Shown: positions 10,625-19,935 of the stretch, piece by piece
Layout: each line of letters opens with the position of its first letter
Position numbering within the stretch: position 1 is the first letter of the stretch
NCBI GenBank assembly: GCA_046484585.1
Contig: JAWOIQ010000148.1
Span: forward strand, 1-59,740
Reading direction: 5' to 3'
DNA from: Desulfurivibrionaceae bacterium
GTDB taxonomy: Bacteria; Desulfobacterota; Desulfobulbia; Desulfobulbales; JAGXFP01
Length of the DNA stretch: 59,740 nucleotides
Translations under genes and position numbers: made by a program
The notes under the pieces: model-generated
The model's database searches: none
What the model was told of the DNA's origin: nothing
Seen by the model: the letters and a program-made list of their open reading frames with translations, nothing else

Positions 10625-10720
10625 TTTATCAGTCTGTACTTGCATCGAATAATCGTATTTCCCTGGATCGCCATGGTTCACCCTGCCGTCCTGCGGGGCG
10701 CCCGATAACGATGTATCTGC

Positions 10721-10775
10721 GCCCCGCAGGAAGTGCCCCCCCTCAAGGGGGGATTGAACAGAATCCTTGGGGTGC
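10721..10775 (+). repeat. Element C nested in MITE A
   Basis: 55-bp insert absent from other A copies; inverted copy at 56499-56552. Confidence 0.85.
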
Positions 10776-10921
10776 CTTGTTGGCAACTCGTTGATATATC
10801 ATTAGTATTATCGACATCGTTACCGCCTTGCATCTGCACCGTTCTCGAACGCTCACGGATTCAGGGTTTTCCCTGGAATTTTCCGCTTTTTCAGAAAAAA
10901 CTGAAATAAACAGTGCCCCCC

Positions 10922-10935
10922 TTGACCTAGGTCAA
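10922..10935. promoter_or_regulatory. Crp/Fnr-family (HcpR-type) binding palindrome upstream of hcp
   Basis: Perfect palindrome TTGACC-TA-GGTCAA about 120 bp before hcp; FNR-like TTGA-N6-TCAA geometry. Confidence 0.7.
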
Positions 10936-11054
10936 AGTCCTGGCTGTCCCGATGTGGTAATTTGTATTCAACAGCAATCGAAAATTCCGGTTGCCCAGAG
11001 GGACCGGACAACCAAAATCGCAATGTGTAAATAATTGAACAGGAGGTTCGAAAA

Positions 11055-12683
11055 ATGTTTTGTAATCAATGTGAGCAGTCGGCCCAGGGTGGATGTTCCA
11101 CGATCGGAGTATGCGGCAAGCAGCCGGAGGTTTCGGATCTGCAGGATCTTCTGATCCATGCCCAGCAGGGTCTTTCTCTCTATGCGGTGGAAGGACGCAA
11201 GGTCGGGGTTGCCGATCCCGAGGTTGGCCGCTTTGCCTGTGAAGGGGTTTTCTCGACCCTGACCAATGTGAATTTCGATGGTGAACGGGTGGCGGATCTG
11301 GTCCGCAAGACCGTTGAGGTAAGAGACGGGCTGAAGGAAAAGGTCAGGGCGGCCGGCGGCAAGGTCGATTTTCCGCAGGCGGCGGCCAGTTTCACCCCGG
11401 CACCAACCACCGGGGAAATGGTCAAGCAGGGCGGCGAGGTTTCCCTGACCGGCAATCCCGACGAGAACGAGGATATCAGGTCCCTCAAGCAGACCCTGCT
11501 GTTCGGGGTCAAGGGTGTGGCGGCCTACGCCGATCATGCCCGGATCATGGGCCAGGAAGACGATGCGGTGTACGCTTTCATCCATGAAGCCCTGGCGGCC
11601 ACGATCACCGAAGGTCTAACGGCCGATGACTGCGTGGCCGCGGCCCTGAAATGCGGCGAGGTCAACCTGCGGGCCATGGAACTGCTCGATGCCGGAAACA
11701 CCGGCACCTACGGCGACCCGGTCCCGACCCCGGTGCCGTTGGGGGCCAAAAAAGGCAAGGCTATCGTCGTTTCCGGCCATGATCTCAAGGATCTCGAGCT
11801 GCTTCTCCGGCAGACCGAGGGCAAGGGCATCAATATCTATACCCATGGCGAGATGCTGCCCACCCACGGCTATCCGGCCCTGAAAAGTTATCCCCATTTC
11901 CACGGCCACTACGGCACCGCCTGGCAGAATCAGGGCAAGGAATTCGCCGAGTTCCCCGGGGCCATCGTGATGACTACCAACTGCATCCAGAAGCCGGCCG
12001 AGTTCTATATGGACAATATCTTTACCACCGGCCTGGTGGCCTGGCCCGGCGTGACCCATATCGGCGCGGAAAAGGATTTCAGCCCGGCGATCGAGCGAGC
12101 CCTGGCCATGGAAGGTTTTCCGGCCGATACCGATAAGGGTTCGGTCATGGTCGGCTTTGCCAGAAACGCGGTCCTTTCGGTGGCCGACAAGGTGGTCGAG
12201 GCGGTCAAGAACAAGGACATCCGCCACTTCTTCCTGGTCGGCGGCTGCGACGGCGCCAAGCCGGGCCGGGACTATTACACCAGATTTGTCGAGCAGGTTC
12301 CCGCCGATTGCATGGTCCTGACCCTGGCCTGCGGCAAGTTCCGCTTTTTCGACAAGAATCTCGGCGATATCGGCGGCATACCGCGTCTGCTCGATATCGG
12401 CCAGTGCAATGACGCCTATTCGGCGGTGCAGATCGCGGTGGCCCTGGCCAATGCCTTCGACTGCGAAGTGAATGATCTGCCCCTCTCCTTTGTCCTCTCC
12501 TGGTATGAGCAGAAGGCGGTGGCGATCCTCCTCACCCTGTTTCATCTCGGGATCAAGGGGATCAAGCTCGGACCCAGCTTGCCGGCATTCATTACTCCGA
12601 ATGTCCTTGATGTGCTGGTCAAGAACTTTGAGATCAAGCCCATTTCGACTCCGGAGGAGGACCTGCAGGAAATTCTCGGCTAA
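11055..12683 (+). CDS. hcp: Hybrid cluster protein (hydroxylamine reductase)
   Basis: MFCNQCEQ...GC...GVCGK, SGHDL, THGEMLP, GGCDG, GQCNDAY, LSWYEQKA. Confidence 0.97.
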   Translation: MFCNQCEQSAQGGCSTIGVCGKQPEVSDLQDLLIHAQQGLSLYAVEGRKVGVADPEVGRFACEGVFSTLTNVNFDGERVADLVRKTVEVRDGLKEKVRAAGGKVDFPQAAASFTPAPTTGEMVKQGGEVSLTGNPDENEDIRSLKQTLLFGVKGVAAYADHARIMGQEDDAVYAFIHEALAATITEGLTADDCVAAALKCGEVNLRAMELLDAGNTGTYGDPVPTPVPLGAKKGKAIVVSGHDLKDLELLLRQTEGKGINIYTHGEMLPTHGYPALKSYPHFHGHYGTAWQNQGKEFAEFPGAIVMTTNCIQKPAEFYMDNIFTTGLVAWPGVTHIGAEKDFSPAIERALAMEGFPADTDKGSVMVGFARNAVLSVADKVVEAVKNKDIRHFFLVGGCDGAKPGRDYYTRFVEQVPADCMVLTLACGKFRFFDKNLGDIGGIPRLLDIGQCNDAYSAVQIAVALANAFDCEVNDLPLSFVLSWYEQKAVAILLTLFHLGIKGIKLGPSLPAFITPNVLDVLVKNFEIKPISTPEEDLQEILG

Positions 12684-12732
12684 AGTGCTTATAATGGTAG
12701 TCGGGGCGGTAACACGCCCCGGCTGCCGAGTT

Positions 12733-12798
12733 TTAAGTTGAGCAGCTAGTCGGCTTTTATGCCCTTTAGGGTGCAAACGAAACTTATGCCCTGTTGGT
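12733..12798 (-). repeat. Element B (long form)
   Basis: Reverse complement ACCAACAGGGCATAAGTTTCGTTTGCACCCTAAAGGGCATAAAAGCCGACTAGCTGCTCAACTTAA. Confidence 0.85.
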
Positions 12799-12838
12799 AT
12801 AAGTCGAATATGAAAATGATTCGCAGGGAGGTGGTTGC

Positions 12839-13591
12839 ATGCAGTGCCCCGGTCAGGATAGCCGTTACTGGGATGGCGAGGCCGTTTTTGAGGAGAAATG
12901 TCCGAAATGCGGCGCAGCCATCGAGTTTTTCAAGGACGACAATACCCGTAAGTGCGGGAAGTGCGGCCACAAGGCCCTGAACCCCCGAATCGATTTCGGT
13001 TGCGCCTCGTACTGCCCCTATGCCAGCCAGTGCCTGGGCGAATTGCCCCCGGAGTTGCTGGCCAAGAAGCAGGATCTGCTCAAGGAGCGGGTGGCCATCG
13101 AGATGAAGCGTTATTTCGATAATGATTTCAAAAGGATAGGGCATGCGACCCGGGTCGAGCGTCTGGTCAAGGAAATCGGCGAGCTGATTATGGAGCGCGG
13201 CGAGGGCGAGGATTACAATCCGGCGGTGGCCGGGATCGCCGGTTATCTCCACGATATCGGCATCAAGGAGGCCGAGCGCAAGTTCGCCAGTTCGGCGCCC
13301 GAATATCAACACCGGGAAGGACCGCCGGTAGCCAGGGCGATCCTGACCGAACTTGGGGCCAATCAGGGCATTATCGAAGAGGTCTGCGAGATCATCGGTC
13401 ATCACCATACCCCCCGCAATGACGAGACCGTCAACTTCAAGGTTCTTTGTGACGCCGATCTGATCGTTAACCTTGAAGAGCAGCAGAAGGAATCTCCCTC
13501 ACCGCCGGAACATCTGGCAAAAATCGTCGAGGCCTCTTTTTTGACTGGGGCGGGTGCCGATATTGCCCGGAAGAAGCTGCTGGCGGATTGA
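12839..13591 (+). CDS. HD-domain phosphohydrolase with N-terminal Cys-rich/zinc-ribbon region
   Basis: CPKC, CGKC, CASYC; H...LHDIG...HH...DAD. Confidence 0.85.
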   Translation: MQCPGQDSRYWDGEAVFEEKCPKCGAAIEFFKDDNTRKCGKCGHKALNPRIDFGCASYCPYASQCLGELPPELLAKKQDLLKERVAIEMKRYFDNDFKRIGHATRVERLVKEIGELIMERGEGEDYNPAVAGIAGYLHDIGIKEAERKFASSAPEYQHREGPPVARAILTELGANQGIIEEVCEIIGHHHTPRNDETVNFKVLCDADLIVNLEEQQKESPSPPEHLAKIVEASFLTGAGADIARKKLLAD

Positions 13592-13779
13592 TATTTGAAG
13601 TATTTCAGGAGAGCGGGGCGGTATCCGGGCGAAAGCCGTCCGGAGCCGACCCGGGAGGGAGCTCATAAATTATCTCTTCCGGCTTCCCATAACCATTCCG
13701 ACCGGCATGGATTCAAGTAAAGTAAATAAACCAAGTCAGAGGTTGCGCTTTTTAACGCAGCTTCCTTAGAGGGATTGAT

Positions 13780-14517
13780 ATGAAGGTGATGCGAAAGATA
13801 ATCGAGATCGACGACCGCTTATGCAACGGCTGCGGGGAGTGCGTTCCCTCCTGCGCCGAAGGCGCTCTGGTGATCGTTGACGGCAAGGCCCGGATGATCG
13901 CCGAAAAGTATTGCGACGGTTTAGGGGCCTGCCTTGGTGACTGCCCCCAGGGGGCTTTGCGGATCATCGAACGGCAAGCCGATGATTTCGACGAAAAGGC
14001 GGTCGAGGAACTTCTCAGCCGCAAAAAAGCGGAAGGAAACGCGCCCGCTCCCGGCTGTCCGTCGGCTAAACTTCAGGTTTTTGGAGGGTTGGGTTCCTGC
14101 CAGCAGGCCAACCAGCCGGTTGGCGCGGCGGGAAACCCCGATTCCGCCCTGGGCCACTGGCCGGTCCAGATCAGACTGGTACCGCCCGGGGCGCCCTTTC
14201 TGAAAAACGCCGATCTCCTGGTCGCGGCCGATTGTGCGCCGGTCGCCTATGCCGGCTTTCATCGCGAGTTTCTGCCGGGCCGGGCGGTGATGATCGGCTG
14301 CCCCAAATTTGACGACCAGGCCGCCTACATTGAGAAATTCCGGGAGATTTTTAAAACCGCTGATCTCAAGTCGGTTACCATGCTGATCATGGAGGTCCCC
14401 TGCTGCGGGACGATGCGAGGAATAATCAGTGAGGCTCTCAAACAGTCCGGCAAGGCTGTCAAGATCAACGAGGCGGTGATCGGGGTCGGCGGCGCCTTGA
14501 TTTCCAGCACCCTCTGA
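13780..14517 (+). CDS. 4Fe-4S ferredoxin-domain protein of hcp clusters
   Basis: CNGCGECVPSC, CDGLGACLGDCP, WPVQI, GCPKFD, MEVPCC. Confidence 0.85.
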   Translation: MKVMRKIIEIDDRLCNGCGECVPSCAEGALVIVDGKARMIAEKYCDGLGACLGDCPQGALRIIERQADDFDEKAVEELLSRKKAEGNAPAPGCPSAKLQVFGGLGSCQQANQPVGAAGNPDSALGHWPVQIRLVPPGAPFLKNADLLVAADCAPVAYAGFHREFLPGRAVMIGCPKFDDQAAYIEKFREIFKTADLKSVTMLIMEVPCCGTMRGIISEALKQSGKAVKINEAVIGVGGALISSTL

Positions 14518-14520
14518 ACC

Positions 14521-14770
14521 TGATGGCGTCGCAAAAAAATCGCCTGCTCCCGCGTTGCTGCAATTGCCTCGTCATTGCAGCGTACTGAAGTAAGCTGCAT
14601 TCCTCGAAATTGCGCGCCCTGGCTCTGACGATTTTTACCCCGGAAGGGGGTATTGCATGCCTAGCCATCCCATTTTTGTACCCACAGGGCATAAGTTTCG
14701 TTTGCACCCTAAAGGGCATAAAAGCCGACTGGCTGCTCAACTTAAGCTTTAACTTTTTGCGAACTCGTCA
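14521..14770 (+). mobile_element. Family D palindromic element with nested element B and a mini-hairpin insert
   Basis: Ends TGATGGCGTCGCAAAAA / TTTTTGCGAACTCGTCA; B at 14680-14747; TACCCC-GGAAG-GGGGTA at 14636-14652. Confidence 0.8.
14680..14747 (+). repeat. Element B (long form) nested in family D element
   Basis: Near-identical to 29692-29758 and to the reverse complement of 12733-12798. Confidence 0.85.
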
Positions 14771-15179
14771 AAATTGTTTGTGGGAAACAAATTTCAAATA
14801 AGAATCAGGAACCGGGGAAAAAACTGAAATCAGCTCTTTCGGACTGCCGGAGCTCGGCGCCGGGATTATCGGCGCTGGAAGCAACAGGGCTGCCGCGATT
14901 AAAGCCAGGGAATCCAGCCGGATTACCCAAACCGGAAAGTTGAATTGTTTATATAAAAAAACTTTTCGATTGGCATGATAAGAAGTATTATCAAAGAGTT
15001 GTCGATACCGATTCGCTCCGGCAATAACATTTAAGGAACTGGTCACAACAGGGTATGCGAGCAATTCAAGTATTCTGCCGACTGTTAAGCGAGCGGCCGA
15101 TAATGAAGCGGATCTCGTACCAGCTGATCGCTTACCCATAAAAAATAAGCTCTGGCAATACGGTGAAGACATGTGCTGC

Positions 15180-15677
15180 ATGAAGAAGGTCGGTGGTTTT
15201 TGGGGATTGGCGGTGGTGGTTGTCCTGGCGATTCTTATGCTGGCGGGCTTTGCCGGTGCGGCTGAAAAGATGCCGGATTTCAGTGAAAAGAATATCGTCG
15301 GCGACGGCGTGGTCAAAAGTGAAGATTTTGCCGGCAAGGTGATTCTGGTCAACTTCTGGGCAACCTGGTGCCCCCCCTGCCGTAAAGAGATTCCCGCCCT
15401 GATTAGAATTCATGACAAATATAAGGACCAGGGGTTTTCGGTGATCGGCGTCTCCATGGATGAAGGGGGCCGTCGGGTCGTCGAGAAGTTCGTTGAGAAA
15501 CTGAAAATAAACTACCCGGTTTTTATCGGCAATGCCAAGCTTGGTCGCGGGTTCGGCGGAGTAATGGGGATTCCGGTGACCTTTCTGGTTGATCGGGAAG
15601 GCAACCTGGCCAAAAGACTTGACGGCTATATCAGTGAAAAGGTGCTGGAAAAGCAATTGCAACTGCTGCTCAAATAA
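15180..15677 (+). CDS. TlpA/ResA-like thiol-disulfide oxidoreductase
   Basis: Signal/TM segment, NFWATWCPPC, GIPVTFLVD. Confidence 0.9.
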   Translation: MKKVGGFWGLAVVVVLAILMLAGFAGAAEKMPDFSEKNIVGDGVVKSEDFAGKVILVNFWATWCPPCRKEIPALIRIHDKYKDQGFSVIGVSMDEGGRRVVEKFVEKLKINYPVFIGNAKLGRGFGGVMGIPVTFLVDREGNLAKRLDGYISEKVLEKQLQLLLK

Positions 15678-15779
15678 GGTTCCTTTTTGAGTTTTTCCTT
15701 GACAGCCACACCGTTAAACTTATAAATTCCTCTGTAATAGAGGATGTTTCACTTCAATCAAACGAGATAGGAGCTAATC

Positions 15780-15992
15780 ATGAGCAAGAAAATTATTACT
15801 CTGTTGATGGCTGCAGCTTTCACGGTCGGAGCGGCCGGTGTCAGCGTAGCTGCCAAAGCTGTAAAATGTGAAGTAAAAAATGTCGACGGCAAGACCCTCA
15901 CCCTGGAATGCAAGGAAGATGCGGACACCTTCAAGGCCGGTTCCAAGGTCACGGTGAAAGCCGCCAAGAGGAGAGCTATCGAAGGTTGCTGA
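15780..15992 (+). CDS. Small exported protein, ExtJ-like
   Basis: AGGAG RBS, signal peptide, Lys-rich beta domain, C-terminal AIEGC. Confidence 0.65.
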   Translation: MSKKIITLLMAAAFTVGAAGVSVAAKAVKCEVKNVDGKTLTLECKEDADTFKAGSKVTVKAAKRRAIEGC

Positions 15993-16021
15993 TTAGTTTC
16001 CATTCATAGTTTTTCGTAAAT

Positions 16022-16061
16022 AAGCTGCCCGATTTTTATCGTCGGGCGGCTTTTCTTTTTT
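16022..16061 (+). terminator. Rho-independent terminator
   Basis: AAGCTGCCCGA...TCGGGCGGCTT plus T tract. Confidence 0.7.
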
Positions 16062-16074
16062 GGAGGGCTTTGTT

Positions 16075-16569
16075 TCAAGGACCGGATTGAAATAACCGGT
16101 AGAAGATCAGGCCGACCATGACCAGGCCGACCGTAAATTCGAAGAACAGGGAGAGCAGAACGCCGATCAGGGAGCCGACTCCCGAGCGCATCGCCAGCCT
16201 CAGGTCTTTGAAGTCGAAGATTATCTCAAAGGCCACCGCTCCGATAAAGGCCCCGGCAAATATGCCCCCCGGGATCGGCAGGATAAAACCAGCCAGCATG
16301 CCGAGGCAGGCCCCGACAATCCCGGATTTTGACGCCCCCATTTTCCTGCCGGCAACGGCGGTGATCAGATACTGACCGAGATAACCGGCCAGGCAAAGCA
16401 GGATCAGAGCCAGAAGGACTTGCCAGACAAGGGGAGAGAAGTCGGTCAAAACAGCATGGAGCAGGGCGCCGCTCAGAATTATCCCGGTACCTGGCAGGCT
16501 CGGCAGCAGGGTTCCGGCAAGGCCGAGAAGGATAATCACAATGAGCATGATATTCAGGGGGTCGGTCAT
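16075..16569 (-). CDS. DUF456-like membrane protein
   Basis: GTLLPSLPG, GASKSGIVGA, GAFIGAVAFE hydrophobic pattern. Confidence 0.8.
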   Translation of the reverse strand: MTDPLNIMLIVIILLGLAGTLLPSLPGTGIILSGALLHAVLTDFSPLVWQVLLALILLCLAGYLGQYLITAVAGRKMGASKSGIVGACLGMLAGFILPIPGGIFAGAFIGAVAFEIIFDFKDLRLAMRSGVGSLIGVLLSLFFEFTVGLVMVGLIFYRLFQSGP

Positions 16570-16576
16570 ATGTTTT

Positions 16577-16798
16577 CCTGAATCCCGTGACGGCTTCGTG
16601 GGGGATTTAACTTATCAGTTTGTAATTACATTATATAATCGTTTTTCCCTGGATTGCCAAGGTTCACCCCGCCGCCCTGCGGGGCGCCCGATAACGGCGC
16701 ATCTGCCGCGTTGGCAACTCGTTAACATACCATATTAGTATTATAAACATCGTTGCCGCCTTGCATCTGCACCGTTCTCGAACGCTCACGGATTCAGG
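16577..16798 (+). mobile_element. MITE family A, copy 5 (222 bp)
   Basis: TIRs (one extra C in the left end); flanks GTTTT/TTTTT. Confidence 0.9.
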
Positions 16799-16896
16799 TT
16801 TTTTTCTTCCGGCTTGGCCGGGAAGCTGTGTTTCAGTTAACTGAAATGTCGCCTTTTTGTTTACTTTTAAGGGGTCCTTTCTTATAGTGGCCAGCC

Positions 16897-17706
16897 ATGA
16901 ATATCCTTTATGCTATAATTCTGGGTTTTGTACAAGGAGCGACCGAGTTTTTGCCTATTTCCAGTTCCGGGCACTTGGTCCTGGCCGCCCATCTCCTGGG
17001 TCTTGAGGATGTCAGTCTGGCCTTTGATGTGGCTCTGCATCTGGGTACCCTGCTGGCTATTCTGGTCTATTTCCGACACGATTTCCTCTTGATGGGCCGG
17101 GCCCTGTTCTTTGGCAAACTTCCCGGCGACGACGAGGTCTTTTACCGGAAACTGGCGATCTATATAGTAATAGCGACGATTCCCGGTGTTCTGGCCGGGC
17201 TGTTTGTCGGCGGCTATGCCGAGACCTATCTGCGGCAGCCGGTGGTGGTGGCTTCCACCCTGGGAGGGGTGGCCCTGTTTTTACTGTGGGCGGAACGGGT
17301 CGGGAAGAAAAGTCGCGATTTCCATAAACTTGGCTTGCGCGATGCCGTGGTTGTGGGTCTTGCCCAGGCCATGGCGATTGTGCCGGGGGTGTCGCGAAGC
17401 GGGGTCACCATGACGGCCGGTTTGTTTCTTGATCTTGACCGCCCGACCGCGGCCCGGTTCTCCTTCATGATGGCGGCGCCGATAATTTTCGGGGCGGGGG
17501 TTTACAAAATTCCGGATATGCTTCACGAAGGCAGCCAGGGAGGCCAGTTCGGCTTTTATCTGGCCGGTTTTTTGTCTTCGGCCTTCTTCGGTTATATGTT
17601 TATCGCCTGGCTGATTAAGTTCATTCGGGCCAGGACTTTCGATATTTTCGCTTATTACCGCCTGGGTCTGGCAGCTCTTATCTATCTGCTGGTCTTCCTG
17701 AGTTAA
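16897..17706 (+). CDS. uppP: Undecaprenyl-diphosphatase
   Basis: VQGATEFLPISSSGH, PGVSRSG, AARFSF. Confidence 0.95.
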   Translation: MNILYAIILGFVQGATEFLPISSSGHLVLAAHLLGLEDVSLAFDVALHLGTLLAILVYFRHDFLLMGRALFFGKLPGDDEVFYRKLAIYIVIATIPGVLAGLFVGGYAETYLRQPVVVASTLGGVALFLLWAERVGKKSRDFHKLGLRDAVVVGLAQAMAIVPGVSRSGVTMTAGLFLDLDRPTAARFSFMMAAPIIFGAGVYKIPDMLHEGSQGGQFGFYLAGFLSSAFFGYMFIAWLIKFIRARTFDIFAYYRLGLAALIYLLVFLS

Positions 17707-17735
17707 TCCATATTCGGACTTTTAGTGGTGTGAAC

Positions 17736-18467
17736 ATGACCGAAAAAGCTCTTCCCGAAAAAGCCGCCGGGATTTTGCGGCAAATCAGGAAAAAGTACAA
17801 AACGGAGGTCGACATATTGCGGGTTCGCGATCTGGACCTGCGGATCTTGCAGGTTTCCGATATCGAACCTCTTCTCAAGGGCAGGGATCCCTTCGAGGAT
17901 GTCAGCAATTTCCCCTTCTGGGTGCGGCTCTGGGACGCGGCTCTGATTCTGGCGGATAGCATCGTCGGCCTGCCGCTGCCGCCCGGGAAGCGGCTGCTTG
18001 AGCTGGGGGCCGGGTTGGGGGCGCCGGGTCTGGCCGCGGCCGCGGTCGGCTATCAGGTGACGCTCAGCGATTATGAACCCCACATCCTGGACTTCCAGAG
18101 GGTGAGCGCCGCGGCCAACCATCTGGACAATGTGGAGTTCAGAATAATAGACTGGAACAGGCCGCCGGAAATGGAGCGATTCGATACGATTATCGGGGCC
18201 GAAATCCTTTTCCGGGAGGATTTCTTCGAACCGCTTCTCAATATATTGCGACGCTATCTGAGTCCGGATGGTACCGTTTATCTGGCCCATGATGCCGAGC
18301 GCCGCAGTTTAGCGCCTTTTCTGGAGATGGCATCCGAATATTTCAAGATCGGGGTGATCTCCCGGAAGATAACCACGGAAGATAAAGAGACCACTATTTT
18401 GCTGAATCGTTTGCAGTTTCGGGATGGCGGCACTGAGCCGGGATCGGATCGGAAGCGGGGTGGATAA
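17736..18467 (+). CDS. Class I SAM-dependent methyltransferase (protein lysine MTase-like family)
   Basis: PFWVRLW, LELGAGLG, IIGAEIL; no CheR N-terminal domain. Confidence 0.8.
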   Translation: MTEKALPEKAAGILRQIRKKYKTEVDILRVRDLDLRILQVSDIEPLLKGRDPFEDVSNFPFWVRLWDAALILADSIVGLPLPPGKRLLELGAGLGAPGLAAAAVGYQVTLSDYEPHILDFQRVSAAANHLDNVEFRIIDWNRPPEMERFDTIIGAEILFREDFFEPLLNILRRYLSPDGTVYLAHDAERRSLAPFLEMASEYFKIGVISRKITTEDKETTILLNRLQFRDGGTEPGSDRKRGG

Positions 18468-18583
18468 GCAGGCTTTCGGCATGCAATCATTTTTGTATTT
18501 GTTTGTTAAACAGGCAAGGTTCTCTTTAAAGGCGATGCCCCGCCCCGTTCTTTAACGGGCCGGTTTGGCTGGAGGGTGGAAGT

Positions 18584-19921
18584 GTGCGGATAATGATAGT
18601 TGGGGCCGGCCGGGTCGGCTACTTCCTCAGCGAGAAGCTTTCCGGTGAAGGTCAGAACGTTGTCCTGGTCGATCGTGATCCCATCAAGCTGCGCCGGATC
18701 GAGCGAGATCTGAATATCATGACCGTCGAGGGCAGCGGCGTTTCGGCCCGGGTCCTTGAAGAGGCGGGAATCGACCGGACCGATCTCTTTATCGCGGTAA
18801 CCGACAGCGACGAGGTTAACCTGGTCGCCTCTATTATTTCCCAGCAATACGAGGTCGAGACCAGGATCGCCCGGGTCCGTAATGAGGATTTCTATCCTGA
18901 CGATGCCGCCCACAGCAGCCGTTCCCTCGGCATTGACCTCCTGATCAGCCCGGATCTCGCCATGACCGACGAGATCATCAAGCTCTGCACCCGTTCCAGC
19001 GCCTTCGAGACCGCCGATTTTGCCGGCGGCCAGGTGATGCTCCTCGGTTATGTGCTGCCGGAAGGCAACCCCGCTCTGGGCAAGCCTCTGGTCGATATCG
19101 AGATGAAGTGCGTGGTGGTCGCCATCGTCCGGGGCGACAAAACCATTATTCCCCGCGGCGATGACATTCTCGAAGCCGGCGACAAGATGTATATCGTGGT
19201 TCTCAAAGATGAGGTGGCCGGGGTCGAGCAGTTGTTCGATTTCTCCAGCAATCTGCCCAATCAGGTTTTTATCGTCGGCGGCAGCGATATCGGCAGGATG
19301 ACCGCCAGCCGCCTTGAAAAGCTGGGTATCGAGGTGCGGCTTATCGAAAAGGACATGGCTACCTGCAAGCGCCTTACCGAGCAGCTTGAGCGCACGGTCC
19401 TTCTGAACATCGACGGACTTGAGGCCCACGACCTGATCGAGGAAGAAATCGATAAAGCCGATATCGTGGTGGCGGTTACCGGCAGCGATACCACCAATAT
19501 CCTCTCCAGCCTGTTGGCCAAGCACCATGGGGCCAGCAAGTGCATCACCAAGATTTCCCGGCCCGATTTCATCCCGATGCTCGGTAATCTGGGCATCGAC
19601 ATGGCCCTGAGCCCGCGGCTGGTGGCGGCCAATATGATTTTGCGCTATGTGCGGGGCAGCGGCTCGATCGTCTCGGCGGCCTCGCTGCTGGGCAGCGATG
19701 CCGAAGTGGTCGAGATGCGGGTGCCGCCCAGCGACCGTTTCGATGGAGTGGCCCTGCGCGAGCTCGCTTTTCCGAGGGGTACTATCGTCGGCGCGGTCGT
19801 ACGCAGCGACGGGGCGATAATCCCGACCGGCAATACCATCCTCGATATGGATGACCGGCTGATTATCTTCCTGATCAGCGAGGCGCGCGAGGCCCTGGAG
19901 ACCTTCTTCAGGGTGGCCTGA
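18584..19921 (+). CDS. trkA: Trk potassium uptake NAD-binding subunit
   Basis: Two RCK pairs: IVGAGRVG...VTDSDEVN, IVGGSDIG...VTGSDTTN. Confidence 0.92.
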   Translation: MRIMIVGAGRVGYFLSEKLSGEGQNVVLVDRDPIKLRRIERDLNIMTVEGSGVSARVLEEAGIDRTDLFIAVTDSDEVNLVASIISQQYEVETRIARVRNEDFYPDDAAHSSRSLGIDLLISPDLAMTDEIIKLCTRSSAFETADFAGGQVMLLGYVLPEGNPALGKPLVDIEMKCVVVAIVRGDKTIIPRGDDILEAGDKMYIVVLKDEVAGVEQLFDFSSNLPNQVFIVGGSDIGRMTASRLEKLGIEVRLIEKDMATCKRLTEQLERTVLLNIDGLEAHDLIEEEIDKADIVVAVTGSDTTNILSSLLAKHHGASKCITKISRPDFIPMLGNLGIDMALSPRLVAANMILRYVRGSGSIVSAASLLGSDAEVVEMRVPPSDRFDGVALRELAFPRGTIVGAVVRSDGAIIPTGNTILDMDDRLIIFLISEAREALETFFRVA

Positions 19922-19935
19922 GCCGGGGAATTGAT

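Larger units (their letters stand above)
10537..10865 (+). mobile_element. MITE family A, copy 4 (329 bp) carrying nested elements B and C
   Basis: TIRs intact; flanks ATTTT/GTTTT (4/5 match); two insertions relative to copies 3, 5 and 8. Confidence 0.9.

Noticed and set aside
15984-16019. GGT TGC TGA read as Gly-Cys-Sec
   Set aside because: No convincing SECIS-like hairpin directly follows the UGA, readthrough gives only an unremarkable short tail, and a terminator follows.
17736-18467. Methyltransferase as the missing CheR
   Set aside because: It has ELGAGLG and W-x-x-x-W motifs of a different family, lacks CheR signatures and lies far from the che cluster.
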